NCBI RefSeq assembly: GCF_037042905.1
Contig: NC_087245.1
Location: 39,186,001-39,250,000 of the forward strand
Length of the DNA stretch: 64,000 bases
Direction of reading: 5' to 3'
DNA from: Lytechinus pictus
Lineage: Eukaryota
Positions 38,062-50,969 of this stretch are shown here, one piece after another (within the stretch, counting starts at the first letter, position 1; every line of letters starts with the position of its first letter). The notes beneath the pieces are model-generated. The model worked only from the letters and a program-made list of their open reading frames with translations, ran no database searches and was not told the origin of the DNA. Made by a program: the position numbers and the translations under genes.

Positions 38062-40879
38062 AGACACCATTCTCATTATACTTTCTAAAACTGATTTACT
38101 GGAAACCGGTTCAGGAAACCAGTTTGGAAGATCGCTTTGCTAGCATGCCCATTTGATCACCCGAAAGTGGTTTTCAAAACCACTTCACATAAAGCAGTCT
38201 TGTTGCTATGGGGACACTCTCAGTGGGTTGATATGTTTTGCCGGATATTTTGAAACTGCAGCGTATAGGCATTACATACAGTGTGTGGAATAGCGCGCTA
38301 GAAATGTGCGAAGATCGCTTCCCGAAGAACGGTTGTGTCCTCACTTACGCTAAAATCAGTTTAATGAGGCAAAGACCCTGTTCTCATTACGCTCTTTAAA
38401 ACTACTTTACTGGAAACCGGTTCAGGAAACCAGCTTGGAAGATTGCATTGCTAGCGTTCCCATTTGATCACCCAAGAGTGGTTTTCAAAATCACTTCACG
38501 TAAAGCGATCTTGTATGGGAACGATCTCAGTGGGATGACACGTTTCGCGCATAACTTGAAGCCGCATTGTAGGCATTCTACACACAGTGTGTAAAGTAGC
38601 ATGCTCATAATGCTTCCTAAAGAACGGTTGTGTCCTCACTTACACCAAAACCAGTTTAACAAGGCAAAGGGATCTTGAAAACTACATCGCGAGGTGGTTT
38701 TATGAACTGGTTTGGAAGATCGCTTCGACCGTTCTCATTACACGTTAAATTAGCTTCCATTGAACTAGTTTCCAGTAAACTAGTTTTAGGACGGTCGTGA
38801 GCATGCTTTCTAAAACTAGTTTACTGGAAACCGATTGAAGAAACCAGTTTGGAAGATCGCTTTGCTAGCGTCCCCACTTGATCACACGAAAGTGGATTTC
38901 AAAATCACTTCACATAAAGCAATCTTGTTGCTCTCAGTGGGGGGACATGTTTCGCGCTAAATTCGAAACCGCAGCGTAGGCATTTTACACCTGCCGTATG
39001 GAGTAGCGCGCTAAAAATGTGCGAAGAACGGTTGTGTCCTCACTTACGCTAAAACCAGTTTTTTCAAGCGATCTTGAAAACTACATCGTTTGCTTCCAAG
39101 ATCGCTTCGACCGTTCTCACTACACAGTTCATGAATACTAGCAGAGCCCGTGGAAATTCCACGGGTTTTGGGGGTGTGATTAAGTTAAAAGAATTTGTTG
39201 TAGATTGACAGGTTTATTCAAGATAGGGAAAGAAATAAACATTTGAATTTTTAAGAGAACATTTTAGAAGGTTGTGGTTTGAAAGGAATGTGAAAGTTAG
39301 GTTTTTATTTGAAGTCGTAATTTGTTTTGAAAAATATATGATTGATTAAAGGTAATAGTGAGAAAGTAAAAAGTGATAAAGAGTTAAAGAAATACAGATA
39401 AAAAAATTAAAATGCTATTGAAGTTGGACGAACATGATATTTAGTTAAAGTAGGGTTTGAAAATATTGCCCCTCATTTTAACTATAAAAAGGGAAGTTTA
39501 AAAAGTATTTGGTTTTGGAGGATTTACATTAACCCTTTTATTTACTTGTTGAACGTATTTCATTGCATTAGCTGATATTCATTTTATTGCCCCCGCCATT
39601 TATTATTATTATTTTTTTTTTTTTTACTGTTTTTTATTTCTATTGGTCCCAAAAAGTAAAGAAGGAAGAAAACATTTTAAAAAGACGCAAGTTAATTTTA
39701 TTTATTATTATTTTTTTTGTACCCTTTATCAGTAAAAAAAAAAGGATTAAAGAAAGAAAATAATAAGGAAGTATAAAGGAAAGGAAGGACAAAAGAAAAG
39801 AAAGAAGAAGAAGTGAAAGGTAAAGAAAGGATAAATAAAAGGGAAAAAAGACAGAACAAAGTGAAAGGAGTCAAAGGGAAAAAAATGTTAAATATAAAAG
39901 AAAAAGAAAAAAGTATGAAAGCAATGGGCAGAAAACAAAGAAAAGAATCAAAGAAGGACATTATTATGATCGCTAACTTCAGTCCATATCGCAACTACGG
40001 CGAAGGCGAAGTCCAACTGAGAATTCAAACGAAGGCGTCGAGATCGAAGCTGGAATACACTCGTTCCCGATGCTCGATGTGGCTGAAATTCAGGTTATGG
40101 ATTGATTAGACATTTGGAATTAAATCTGGACAAAATCGCCCGGTGCGAAAAGAATGCCAAAATCTCATTTCACGTTCACTTTAAATTCTACACATGATTC
40201 AAATCAAAGATCTCGCCATGTTTTTTTTTTAGCGAGTGTCACACTGACACACAGTGTATGGAGCGGTAGATCTAACTTATATACGTACCGCTCTCGTCAA
40301 CTGTACATTTCTGTGCAAATTCAATGAAGTTGACTGCCATATTTTCATAAAATAAAATGCAATCTTACCTTACTTTTTACGTCTTCTTACTTGCTTTAAT
40401 AGCAACCTCTCCGTAAGTGTACACGTAACTTGTTCACATCAGTAAACATGTACATCAAACTCCTCTTTTTCACGATCGAAAGAGCCCCACGCCAATACCG
40501 AAATCATATCACGTACCCGGCCGTGCTGGCTGACCAATCAGAACGCGGCGTTCGGAGCCAGACCCACGTGACGCGTCTGTCGTCTGTAGTGGTTGAATGT
40601 CGGGCTACAACACGCGTGTCTACGGGGTTTTTCGGTGGAAGAATCGGACGACGACTTCGTTGTGCGATGTCGTAATGGGCTGCGAGTGTGGCGAGTCCGT
40701 GAAGAGTGGAAGGCCCGACACGCGGTGCGATTTTGAAGCCCGGGCGTGGCGGATCCTGGGAGGAGATACGGTTCAACCGATCACCCCCCTTCGGGCTTAG
40801 AGTATTCATATAATAGATTAGTTTCCACTAAAGTAGTTTCCAGTAAACTAGTTTTAGGAAGGTAGTGAGAACGGTGTCT
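38062..40879. mobile_element. TIR element with three internal ~320-bp tandem units (Harbinger-like), interrupted by a Helitron
   Basis: TIRs agacaccattctcatta / tagtgagaacggtgtct; units begin tttactggaaaccg at ~38095, ~38406 and ~38820. Confidence 0.65.
39138..40817 (-). mobile_element. Non-autonomous Helitron, 1.68 kb
   Basis: Minus strand starts a|TCTATTATAT and ends with hairpin cccgtgg-aattt-ccacggg plus ctctgCTAG|t. Inserted between A and T with no TSD. Confidence 0.85.
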
Positions 40880-41258
40880 ATAATGTACTGTAATGTAGGC
40901 CTACATGTATAAAGGGATCAACTAGAGACCAAAGAGATCATAGTAAAATGCATACTAGTAGACTTTAGTTGTGAGGAAAAGAAACACAGCTAATCTATTG
41001 TCACAGGAAAAAAGAATGTGCTTTTACTTTACAACATTTACAAAGCTTTCTGTGTTTCTTACCCTGTACGAGATTCCTTGTGCAAGTCCTAGATTATATG
41101 AAAAAATACTATATTAAGTCTATTAGGGGCTAAGTTTAAGTGTGTATTGATGTGGCATTTCACTACAGTTTGTATATAATTTGTGCTATTACAGGAGTTG
41201 GTCAAGTATGTTTGTATGAAAAAAATACATACATGTAGTGTACGTGTAAATTGTACAC

Positions 41259-41838
41259 GGGTGTGTCTGTGTGCCTCTTTTTTACCCTAGAATCATGATT
41301 TGAATCTTGAGTTCTGTGTTGGTCATCGCATCATCCACTGCTTTTCATTTTGTTTTTGTTTTTTTTAGTTATGGCTTTAACTTCAAGTTCTAGTACAGTT
41401 GTAAACTAACTGGACAAACAATGATCTCAGTTGTTATTGAGTTAACTTGTCAATATGAAATTGGATCTTTTCTGAAATTCACTTCCAAACACTATTTTCG
41501 TTTAACTGACAAGATGAATAGAAGTAAACAAAATGAGGTATAATCATAGAGATATAAACTAGTAATTTATCTCTTTGGGTATAATAGACTGAATTCTGGA
41601 AGCAAAAGATTGATTTTTCGAGAGGCGAAACAAGCGAAAAAGTTGATCTATACTTCGGGTGTCAAACTGCGCACTGTGATCTGCACTGGATCGGCCCGAA
41701 TCCAAGGAGAAAGAGCGTCAGAATGAAGGTCGTCTAAACCCTGATTCTGTGGTATTGTGATTCATGTTTGTGTCTTGAATCATGATTCAAATCATAATTC
41801 AAATCATGATTCTGGCTTGAAATGGCATAAACACAGCC
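41259..41838. mobile_element. Degenerate MITE with aatcatgatt repeats
   Basis: Imperfect inverted ends (gtgtgtctgtgtgcc..agaatcatgatttgaat / attcaaatcatgattct..ggcataaacacagcc). Confidence 0.45.
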
Positions 41839-42904
41839 CATACTGTTTAATACATGTGCATGTTTATGACAGGAATTAACATATTGGTTAATTATAAATA
41901 TTCATAATTGTATCCAATCTTTTGCTGTGCAGTAGTCTTGATCTAAGGTACTGCAAAACTAACAGTTCCCTTTAATATCAAACTGTGCAGTACAGGGTGC
42001 ATTATTCACGGAAGTATTAGTACATGTACATAATAGGGTCTGCGTTCAAAGACTACTTGTAGTCCAAGGACATCCCTCGTTGAACTCAATGAATCACTGG
42101 CCTCCTCACTCAGCTTGCAGCTGTGTGTTATGGGGAATCGAGGCACCTCCCTGCTGAAGTAGAGACAATCACACACGTTTTCTATACCATTGCAGCCGGA
42201 CGGATGCGCTCTTCAGTCCTGTAAACCGTCATTTCAGTGCTTTTATCGTTTTATTGTCAAATGATGTGCTGGTTTGATTTTATACTGGTTTTCATTCAAT
42301 ATTTATGGTGCATTTTTTTATGTTTCTAGAGCTGGAAAAGGTTTCCTTTGTTTTATTTCTTACATGCAATGTGTGGAGTCTGGATATCAATCTTTGAAGC
42401 AACTTTTACTGTGGAAGTCATGATCTGTTAAGATGATGGTCACAGATTCATGATGCAGTTATATCTGATATTAATTGTACTCTCGTTACTCTGTCCATGT
42501 GATATCCCGGCCATTGTACTAACCAGAAAATGGCACATAGTGAAGTGCATTAATAGTACATCCGTCGCAATACAATTAGTCATGTTGAAGCAATAGCACT
42601 GCACTGTCAGTTGAGTGTTTATTGTTTACTCAACCGATGTACAGTACTGTACATGTACATGTATTTATTATTAGTGCAAATGTTGGATTGGCTGTTTGTC
42701 TGTTATTAGCCACACAATGCATTTTAGGATTATCAAGTTCCTGCATGAGATATGCAGGCTTGACGATGACTTCCTCTTCATTCAGACTTTGATATTTTTG
42801 TCAGTACAGTGTGTGTGCCTAAGCTTGTCTACAGTACATGTATCTTTTTCAAAATTATAGAAACCCAAGCATACCTGTAGAGAAGGTAACTCCAGGGCCT
42901 AATG

Positions 42905-43347
42905 CCAGGGGGGGGGGCACTCGCATATATTGGTGGTACGGGGACGTGCCGCTTTGATGATCCCCTTTTTCAGACCTAATTTTCAGTTCTCTAGATACTC
43001 AAAAATGACAAAGTTCCGTTCTCAGCCCTGCCAAAGTTGTCCAGCGCGAGCACAGCATGCGAGACCTGCATACCGCACGGCTTCACAACTCCCTCAGCTA
43101 GCAGCTCCATGCACCGCTAGCGCCCACATACATGTATACATGCACAGCGCTTGCATGCACCGTATACTGCGATCCCGCTCCGTAGACCGTCTTTCATACC
43201 GCCCAGTAGCGTATATAGTTCACAAGACCCCGTATCATTAGGCCCCAAGGGGGGGGGGGGTTCAGTTCCTTAGACTCCCATTTCAGGGTTTCGTGAGGCC
43301 CCCCATCAAAATATAATTTGAGTGCCCCCCTCGGCCCCCCCCCCTGG
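42905..43347. mobile_element. MITE with CC(A)GGG termini and 8-bp TSD (same type as 198-761)
   Basis: gcctaatg|ccagggg..gcactc ... gagtgccc..ccctgg|gtctaatg. Confidence 0.7.
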
Positions 43348-44031
43348 GTCTAATGATTCTTGAAAGGAAAGTGACCAAGCCTGAGAAATGTGTAAATATG
43401 TAAGATATGTTACAAATGGAGAAAAAAAAAAATCAGGGGTGATTGTGGTTGCACATGTTATCAGCGATATACTTCGTCTGTCTCCTCATGAAGTTTCAAA
43501 TTTATAAAGAAATGTTAGCTTCTTAAAGGGGTGGGGGTGATAACTTTTCAACCTCAGAAAGCTGTACATGTATGTACAGTACATGTATGTTTTGATTTGT
43601 ATCAACATGAACATGAGGTCATTACAATTATTTTAAAGTTTTTTTTTTTTTTTTATGCATCGATCATACATATACATGTAGGCCTCTTTATGTGCTAGTA
43701 TTTCATATTCTTTTTCAATGTGAAAATTCTGAACATGTATGTGAACATATTAGTTGAATGATTAAATTTATCATTTGATATATCTCAATTTCATTTATAT
43801 AATACGGTAATAAAGTTCATTAATCTTCAATCCATCACTAGAACTAAATGGCAAAATCATGTCGATACATGAATAGGAGAGAACAGTGCAAAGTTTGAAA
43901 TTGATATTAAGCAGATAAGGCCTCCTTGTTAATGAGGAATGAACAAGGAAATTAGAAATTTCATGACCCACTCTTTGTTTGCCAAATGCTATTTAATCAA
44001 TATTGATTTTGAGTATAGAGGTTATTTTTAA

Positions 44032-44602
44032 AGGAGACCAAAACCGAAGGAGAGAAGCAATCTTATTGGAAAGAGTATAATGAGAGGAACAATTTTTTCA
44101 AAAAGTTTCATCAAAATCGGTTATGAAATAAGCAAATTATGGATGTTTAAAAAGTCTTGTTGTACTTTCTATGAGGATCCTCAAATTGGCAAACGTGCTT
44201 CAAAATGGCTGATAACGCTGATTTTGTGGACAACTCTCCATGCATTTGATTTGTACACAAATTTTCAGATTTTCCTCATCAATTGCATTTTGCCTCCTGA
44301 GCACAACATATGTCATGGGAAAATATAATTCACATCACATATGTCAAGGTCAGGAGGAGATAATGTGAAATATGTAAAATAAAGGGGAAAATTTGTGTAC
44401 AAAACAAATGGGGAGTTGTCCACAAAATCAGCCATTTTGAAGCACGTTTGCCAACTTGAGGATCCCAATAGAAAGTATAACATGACTTTTTTAAACGTCC
44501 ATAACTTGCTTATTTCATAACAGATTTTGATGAAGCTTTTTTAAAATCGTTCTTCTCATTTTACTCTTTCCAATAAGATCTCCTCTTGGGTTTTGGTTTC
44601 CT
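44032..44602. mobile_element. Kolobok-type MITE, subfamily D
   Basis: ttaa|aggagaccaaaacc ... ggttttggtttcct|ttaa; ~200-bp imperfect TIRs. Confidence 0.85.
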
Positions 44603-44886
44603 TTAAGTAAAATAAAAATGATAAAGTTTAAAAAGTATAATTACAATGTACTACCTATGGCATGGCTCCACACTAAAACTATATTTATTGGTGGCCCCCA
44701 AGCAAACTGGTGGCCCTAAAACAATTGAAAACATAAGAAAACATAATTTATCAAAACTTTGATACCATAACCAGACCACCAAGTGTGGGCTTTTGCAGAA
44801 TTTTGGTGGCCCTACTCATTTTTTATTGCCCCGGGCCACTGCTAATGTCGAGCCCTGCCTATGCAGGGAAATTATTACAGGCGGGG

Positions 44887-45430
44887 TACCTCAAGCGATG
44901 TTCATGCAGGCTCCACTTCACTACCGCTACCCTACGCTCCACCTACCTGAACATCGAGACCAGGAACTCGTTCCGATACTCCGAGAGGCAAAGGTGGGAT
45001 AAAAAATATATATTATCCACTGATTCGTAGAATATTTTCCCAAACTCTTAGAATATTTCTGGTATTTTCTGAGCCATCCAATATAATATAAATATTCATG
45101 CTGTTTGACCTGCGACCCTCGCATGCGATGTTTTGAAATCGGCCGTGAATAATGACTTGTGAGGAATTAGATACTGGCCCAAAATCACCAATTTTGAGGA
45201 TAACCGGAGGATGGACACGGAGTGAAATAAGGGTGTAGAGTAAGAAATTAAGCTTTTTTTTTTTTCTCGTTATATTTTTTTTCTATAATTTTTACAATAA
45301 ATAACTTTTTTATCCCACCTTTGCCTCTCGGAGTATCCGAACGAGTTCACGGTCTCGATGTTCGGGTAGGTGGAGCGTAGGGTAGCGGTAGTGAAGTGGA
45401 GTGGAGCCTACACGAACATCGCTTGAGGTA
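44887..45430. mobile_element. MITE with ~120-bp TIRs, TA..TA termini and 9-bp TSD (Academ- or Mutator-like)
   Basis: caggcgggg|tacctcaagcgatgttc ... gaacatcgcttgaggta|taggcgggg. Confidence 0.8.
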
Positions 45431-46196
45431 TAGGCGGGGTAGACTTTTTGAGAGCCCTGTAGTGCATGACTCTAGTCTTACGAGTAGATTGTTAAATTAG
45501 GTTCAAATTGAAATAATAGTATGATAAACTTGCGTAGTACTAGAGCAACTAACATAAATTGCATATGGAATGGCATACAGACTGTAAACTGATATTTTTT
45601 TCATACTCCAAATTTGCTTCCTTAACCCCAGGAGAGGGCTTATGGGAGGGGGGGGGGGAGGTAAGATGATTGGTTTTCGTACAAGTTCATTCAACCTGAG
45701 ATTTCCATCTTGCCCATTAGATTCTTGATTTTGGTTGTGATTTTCTCTCTTTAGATGTTTTCTTCATTTGGATTGGATTCAGTTTCAAAGCATACATTGA
45801 TCAGTCATCTCTAGGTTGTAATGGGAATCTTGCTTAGAACTCTCTGAGTGCTTGGCCCAGATGAAGGCGTACATGTACTATGCATTAATATTTATCAGTT
45901 CATCGGTGCTCAGTACGAATGACTCAACGGACTGCTTTTTGTCTCGCCTGCATCTATAGGCAACAGCTTTTCCGGTCATTGAAATTCATATTTTATTATC
46001 ATATGAATGTTGTTTTTTGTGAATACATGTACTTCATGTTGTTATCAAAGTCAGCATGCACTGCTGCTACGTGTCTATTGTCTTGTGTAATGCAGGCAAG
46101 ACTGCACTCATTCAAAATCTCAGCCACCTTGCACTGTCAAAAGTGTGCGTTCATTGAGCAGCTTGTGTTGTCTACTTGTATTCACTTTATTCTTAA

Positions 46197-46766
46197 AGGA
46201 GAATAAAACCTTTGGAACAAGATAGCTTGTAAGAAAACAGAAAAACCAAAGAAACGGATCAACGCAAGTTTGAGAAAAATCGGACAAATAATGAGAAAGT
46301 TATGAGCATTTGAATATTGCGATCACTAATGCTAGGGAGATCCTCACATTGGCAATGCGACAAAGATGTGTGATGTCACTTGTGAACAACTCTGCCCATT
46401 ACTTTATTATATTATTTCACTTAAACTGCCTCTTTTATCACATCTATCAGTAGATCATGTGTTCTTTCTATAGGAGGGCATGTATACAGATTTTTAAAGA
46501 ATACATCGTGGATAAAGAGTTTGTATCACCATTTAAGAAAAAGCAAGAGACATTTTGGGGGTATTTTATAGTCCATCAAAGGGAAAGATGTTCACAAGTG
46601 ACATCACACATCCTTGTCGCATTGCCAATGGCATTAGTGATTGCAATATTCAAATGCTCATAACTTTTTCATTATTTGTCTGATTTTTCTCAAACTTTCT
46701 TTGTTCTTATTCTTTGATTTTTCTGTTTCAACACAAGCCTACTTGTTCCAAAGCTTTCATTCCCCT
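46197..46766. mobile_element. Kolobok-type MITE, subfamily E
   Basis: ttaa|aggagaat ... attcccct|ttaa; inverted relative of the LINE-split copy at 49571-56676. Confidence 0.85.
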
Positions 46767-46957
46767 TTAAATTTCCTACATCTCTTGATCAAGTGACTCA
46801 ACAGATTGGATATGGTGATAAGGCAGTGTGCATGACTTCATGCGATACAAGTGTAGGTAATTCCGATTCGACATTTCAGTGCAAGTTTGTACACCATTAG
46901 CGACTGTCACGCTTCTTGAATCTTCTGCATCTGGAAAGATCACAATAAACTTTGAAA

Positions 46958-47074
46958 ATGGCTGCTGCTCTCAAGAGCCAGGATCCAGTTTTGCAGGAGC
47001 CAGAGGAGGAGGGAATTCCTCAAGGGATCTGTGCAGTGCTCCTTGGTCCACCAGGAGCAGGGAAAGGAGTCCAG
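46958..47074 (+). CDS. AK2: Adenylate kinase 2, candidate alternative first coding exon (1b)
   Basis: gaaaATGg; MAAALKSQDPVLQEPEEEGIPQGICAVLLGPPGAGKGVQ followed by CAG|gtatag, phase 0, at the same position as in exon 1a. Confidence 0.72.
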
Positions 47075-47232
47075 GTATAGCTCAAGTGTTTTATAGGTTG
47101 CATACTGTGAAAGTGAGGCACAGGAGGACAAAATGATGAAATGAAAATAATCAAAGAGAGGATGATAGAGTAATATTATTGTTTTGAAGTACAGGAAAGA
47201 GCTTGCCATGCTTGAGAAGAACTTGGTTATAT

Positions 47233-47853
47233 AATGTTGAGGCCAAAAGTTTACATACACCCATGGAATTCAGTGAAATTTGTTCGCTTGCCCAAACACC
47301 TTCAGAAATATAAATACTACTATGATGAATTTGGTATCAAATGAAAGAGCGTATTGAGCTCTTTCACATGTTTGGGATGTCGTTGGGATTAAAGTATATT
47401 TCAGGTGGAATTTTCTTTGAAGAAAAAAGTAATATTCCTGCCAAATGTATTCTAATGTTTGTTATTATATTTTCAAACATCATTCATAGAAATATATAAA
47501 TGCCAAATCTATAATTTATATTACATTTTCTATCATGATATGTCACCACTGAACAAAAAAGTGTACTCTGAAATTGTTTGTGTTGACAAGTATGAGCACA
47601 AATATGAAATGTTTTTGTCAAGTTTTAATTTTGTTTAAAATATGAAGATATTAGGAGGGAAAATGACACCTAACTATTTTTCAGCTCCTGATGACAAAGC
47701 AATGTGATGAAGGGGCATGACATACCGGTACTCATTTGTTTGATAATCCAATTCGTCATGATAGCACAAACATTTTATAAGATATAGTCAATTTTATGAT
47801 GTTTGGCAAGTGTCAACTTTTCGTGGGTGTAAGTAAACTTCAGGCCTCAACTG
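47233..47853. mobile_element. Tc1-like MITE
   Basis: TIR cagttgaggcc..aagtttac(a/t)tacaccc resembles Tc1-family termini; TA flank on the right. Confidence 0.75.
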
Positions 47854-48002
47854 TATATTAAAAAAAATGATGCGGATTTTAATTTTAATCATGCATCCAA
47901 TCAAAATTCAATTTTGACGTAGCCTATGTGTAAAATCACAAAATTTATACAGGAAAATCTTCCACATAGTTTTTGTTTTTCCCTTTAAATTGATGGTATC
48001 TC

Positions 48003-48982
48003 CAGGTGGGTGTTAGATAAAGCTCTTCGTAAGTTAAGAGTGACTTTAAAGGGATTGTCCGGGCTGAAAATATTTATATCTTAATACATAGAGTAGAATT
48101 CACTGAGCAAAATGCCAAAAATTTCATCAAAATCGGATCACAAATAATGAAGTTATTGAAGTTTAAAGTTAAGCAATATTTTGTGAAAACAGTCATCATG
48201 AATATTCATTAGGTGGGCTGATGATGTCACATCCCCACTTTCCGTTTTCTTATAATGTTATTACATAAAATCATATTTCTTTCATTATTTCATACTTGTG
48301 TGAATAATATGTCTCCCTTATAATGAAATAAGTTGCAGCAATAAATATCTAATGCACTAAATCAGTTGTCAATCCAATTTTTCTAGTTCTTCAAGGAAAA
48401 AATTTGAATAAACCTAATTTCATATAATAAAATGCAAAAGAACAAGTGGGGATGTGACATCATCAACCCACCTAATGAATATTCATGATGACTGTTTTCA
48501 CAAAATATTGCTAAACTTAAAAATTCAATAACTTTGTTATTTGTTATCCGATTTTGATGAATTTTTCAGCATTTTGCTCAGTGAATTCTACTGTACATGT
48601 ATTTATTAAGCTATTAATACTTTCAGCCCGGACCATCCCTTTAAGAACGACTGATGAACCTTTCTTATGCTCTAAATAATCACCAATAAACATTTAATGT
48701 CGTTTACCACAAGAAAGGGTCACCAGTCGTTCTTAAAGTCACTCTTAACTTACGAACAACTTTATGGAATGGCTCCCTGGAGGCCGTTTCAGAAAGCTGT
48801 TCGTAAGTTAAGAGCGACTTTAAGAACGACTGGTGAACCTTTCTTGCGCGCTAGACCATCGCCAATGGTGTATACTATTTACCAAAAGAAAGGATCACCA
48901 GTCGCTCTTAAGGTTGCTCTTATCATGGACCTACTAACACATGCTCTTATCTTACGAACAGCTTTATGAAACACCCACCCGG
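48003..48982. mobile_element. Two tandem ~190-bp palindromic Harbinger-like MITEs, the first interrupted by a Kolobok MITE
   Basis: Repeated aaagct.ttcgtaagttaagag.gactttaagaacgactg ... cttacgaaca.ctttatg units. Confidence 0.65.
48050..48640. mobile_element. Kolobok-type MITE, subfamily C (complete)
   Basis: ttaa|agggattgtccgggctgaaa ... tttcagcccggaccatccct|ttaa. Confidence 0.88.
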
Positions 48983-49224
48983 TGTGTTAGTAGGTCCATG
49001 GTTTGATGAACCCATATGTCATTGTGTGGGGGTATACGTGCATGGGATTGGCATGCTTCAAATTCCTTAAAGACAAGCGGCAGCAAACACAGCACATTAT
49101 CCATGGGGCCTGTTACAACCATCATAGGTTTAACTTCTTTGACAACCTGAAGAAACATGCTGTATTGGATGTCTACAAACTTAGACATCGTTTTATAAAA
49201 AATGCCCCCTTGATGAGTTTCACA

Positions 49225-49570
49225 TTAAGTTTTATTTCTTATACAGTACATGTGTAAAGTAGATGTCGCATAGTCACATGAATCAGTCATTTACTTTAAT
49301 GCCATTTAGATTTTTTTGTAAGGTTTGTCAATCGTCATGATTCAAAATCATGGATCTATGTCTCTGGGTATTCCTTTTTTTATTACAGGAAGAGGGGCAC
49401 AAGGTGGAAGAGAGAGAGAAAGAGAGGGAAAAGATGGAAGGAGAGGGGAGGGAAAAATCATACTACACACCTAATTTTGAAGAAAAAAAAACTTTTCATC
49501 TGTGATCTCTTTCACTGTTATTTTTGAAGTACACGTGCATGCTGATTAAAGTTGATGGATGATATATTAA
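49225..49570 (+). repeat. Copy 1 of a ~345-bp TTAA-bounded direct duplication
   Basis: Matches 56677-56857 plus 61707-61874, with about ten substitutions and small indels. Confidence 0.92.
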
Positions 49571-50969
49571 AGGAGAATGAAACTCTTGGAGCAAGTTAGC
49601 TTTTGTGAAAGCAGAAAAATCAAAGAATAAGATCAACAAAAGTTTGAGTAAAATAGGACTAGCAATAGAAGAGTTATGAGCATTTGAATGTCGAGATCAC
49701 TAATGCTATGGAGATCCTCCTATTGGCAACGCAACCAAGATCTATGATATCACAGATGAACAACTCTCCCCTTTAGGACACTGAAAATATACCCCAAAAC
49801 ATCTCTTTTTGCTCTTTCGAATTATATGACAAACGATTCATCAATGATATAATGTTGTGAAACCTCTGTACTTGTCCTATCATAAAGAGAACACCTCACC
49901 TTGTGATAGATTCTATAAAAGTTGTTGTTGTTGTTGGTTGGAATTTAATGGCGACCAGTCATATTTGACTATTACCGCCAACTCGTTTGGTCAACTATTA
50001 TTTTCTTTCTTTCTTTGACGTGTCCTTTATAATCGTTCCTCTCCTTCTTTATTATTATTTTTTTTTTATTAATAATTTTATAATTATAAGGCAAAGGCTA
50101 TCGTATCTTACAGGTTACCGCATGATCCTGTCCCTTCTAACGACACCGTCCAGACATCGTCCTGTCTCTCCGGTGTAGACAGGGGGCTCCCTTTGGGATA
50201 CTCTATAGTCTTGAAACTCGGAAAAGAAATAGAGCAATAAACTGTTAAAGAGTCTTTTCCCGTGAAATGATCTCGCATATAATTACCGATCAAATACATG
50301 TATGTCTGTTTTGTTTTGTAAAAGAAAATATAAAATTTGATATGGGGAGGTTCGGATTATTCGAAATTTATGGGGGCATCCAAAATGAGGGCTTTAATAA
50401 ATGAAATGGTGCATTGTTAAATCAAGGTTGTAAGTTAGATGGATATGATCGAGTTAGTAAAAAATATATAAATATACACACACATGCGTATACATTTTTT
50501 CCATTTCTTCATCTTTATTCTTTTTCCTTTCATTTCTTCTCCTCTTCCTTCCATTTTCTTTTTTTTCCTTTTGTCTTTTCCTCCTTTCTTTCTTTTCCCT
50601 TTTATTTTCTCTTTATTTCCTTTTGTCTTTCTCAGTTTTTTTCTCTTTTCTCCTTCCTTTCCTTTCTCTTTCTCTTTTTTTTTTCAAAATGGGTAATGAG
50701 CTCTACTGAATATAAAGAATATAATCCAGAGAGAAGAGAGATACATCTTATTCTAAAACAAAAAGAACAATAACCATCGTCTCATGTGGTCATCATACTC
50801 ATATAAAAGACATATATATATATATATATATATACAAATACACACTATATGAACAAATAAGTAATTACATACTAATCAATTAGATATATTTCTCCCTTTC
50901 CTTCATGGATATAAAAATAAAATTAAAGAAAAAAAAAGGAAGAAGAAAAAAAAAATTCCTGCTATCGAT

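Noticed and set aside
42060..42420. Possible non-coding exon or promoter for AK2 exon 1b
   Set aside because: Unique-looking sequence, but no convincing splice or promoter signals can be fixed from sequence alone.
49389..49403. Possible 15-nt AK2 micro-exon (ttattacag|gaagaggggcacaag|gtggaa)
   Set aside because: Weak donor; it would insert residues right after the P-loop, and there is no supporting evidence.
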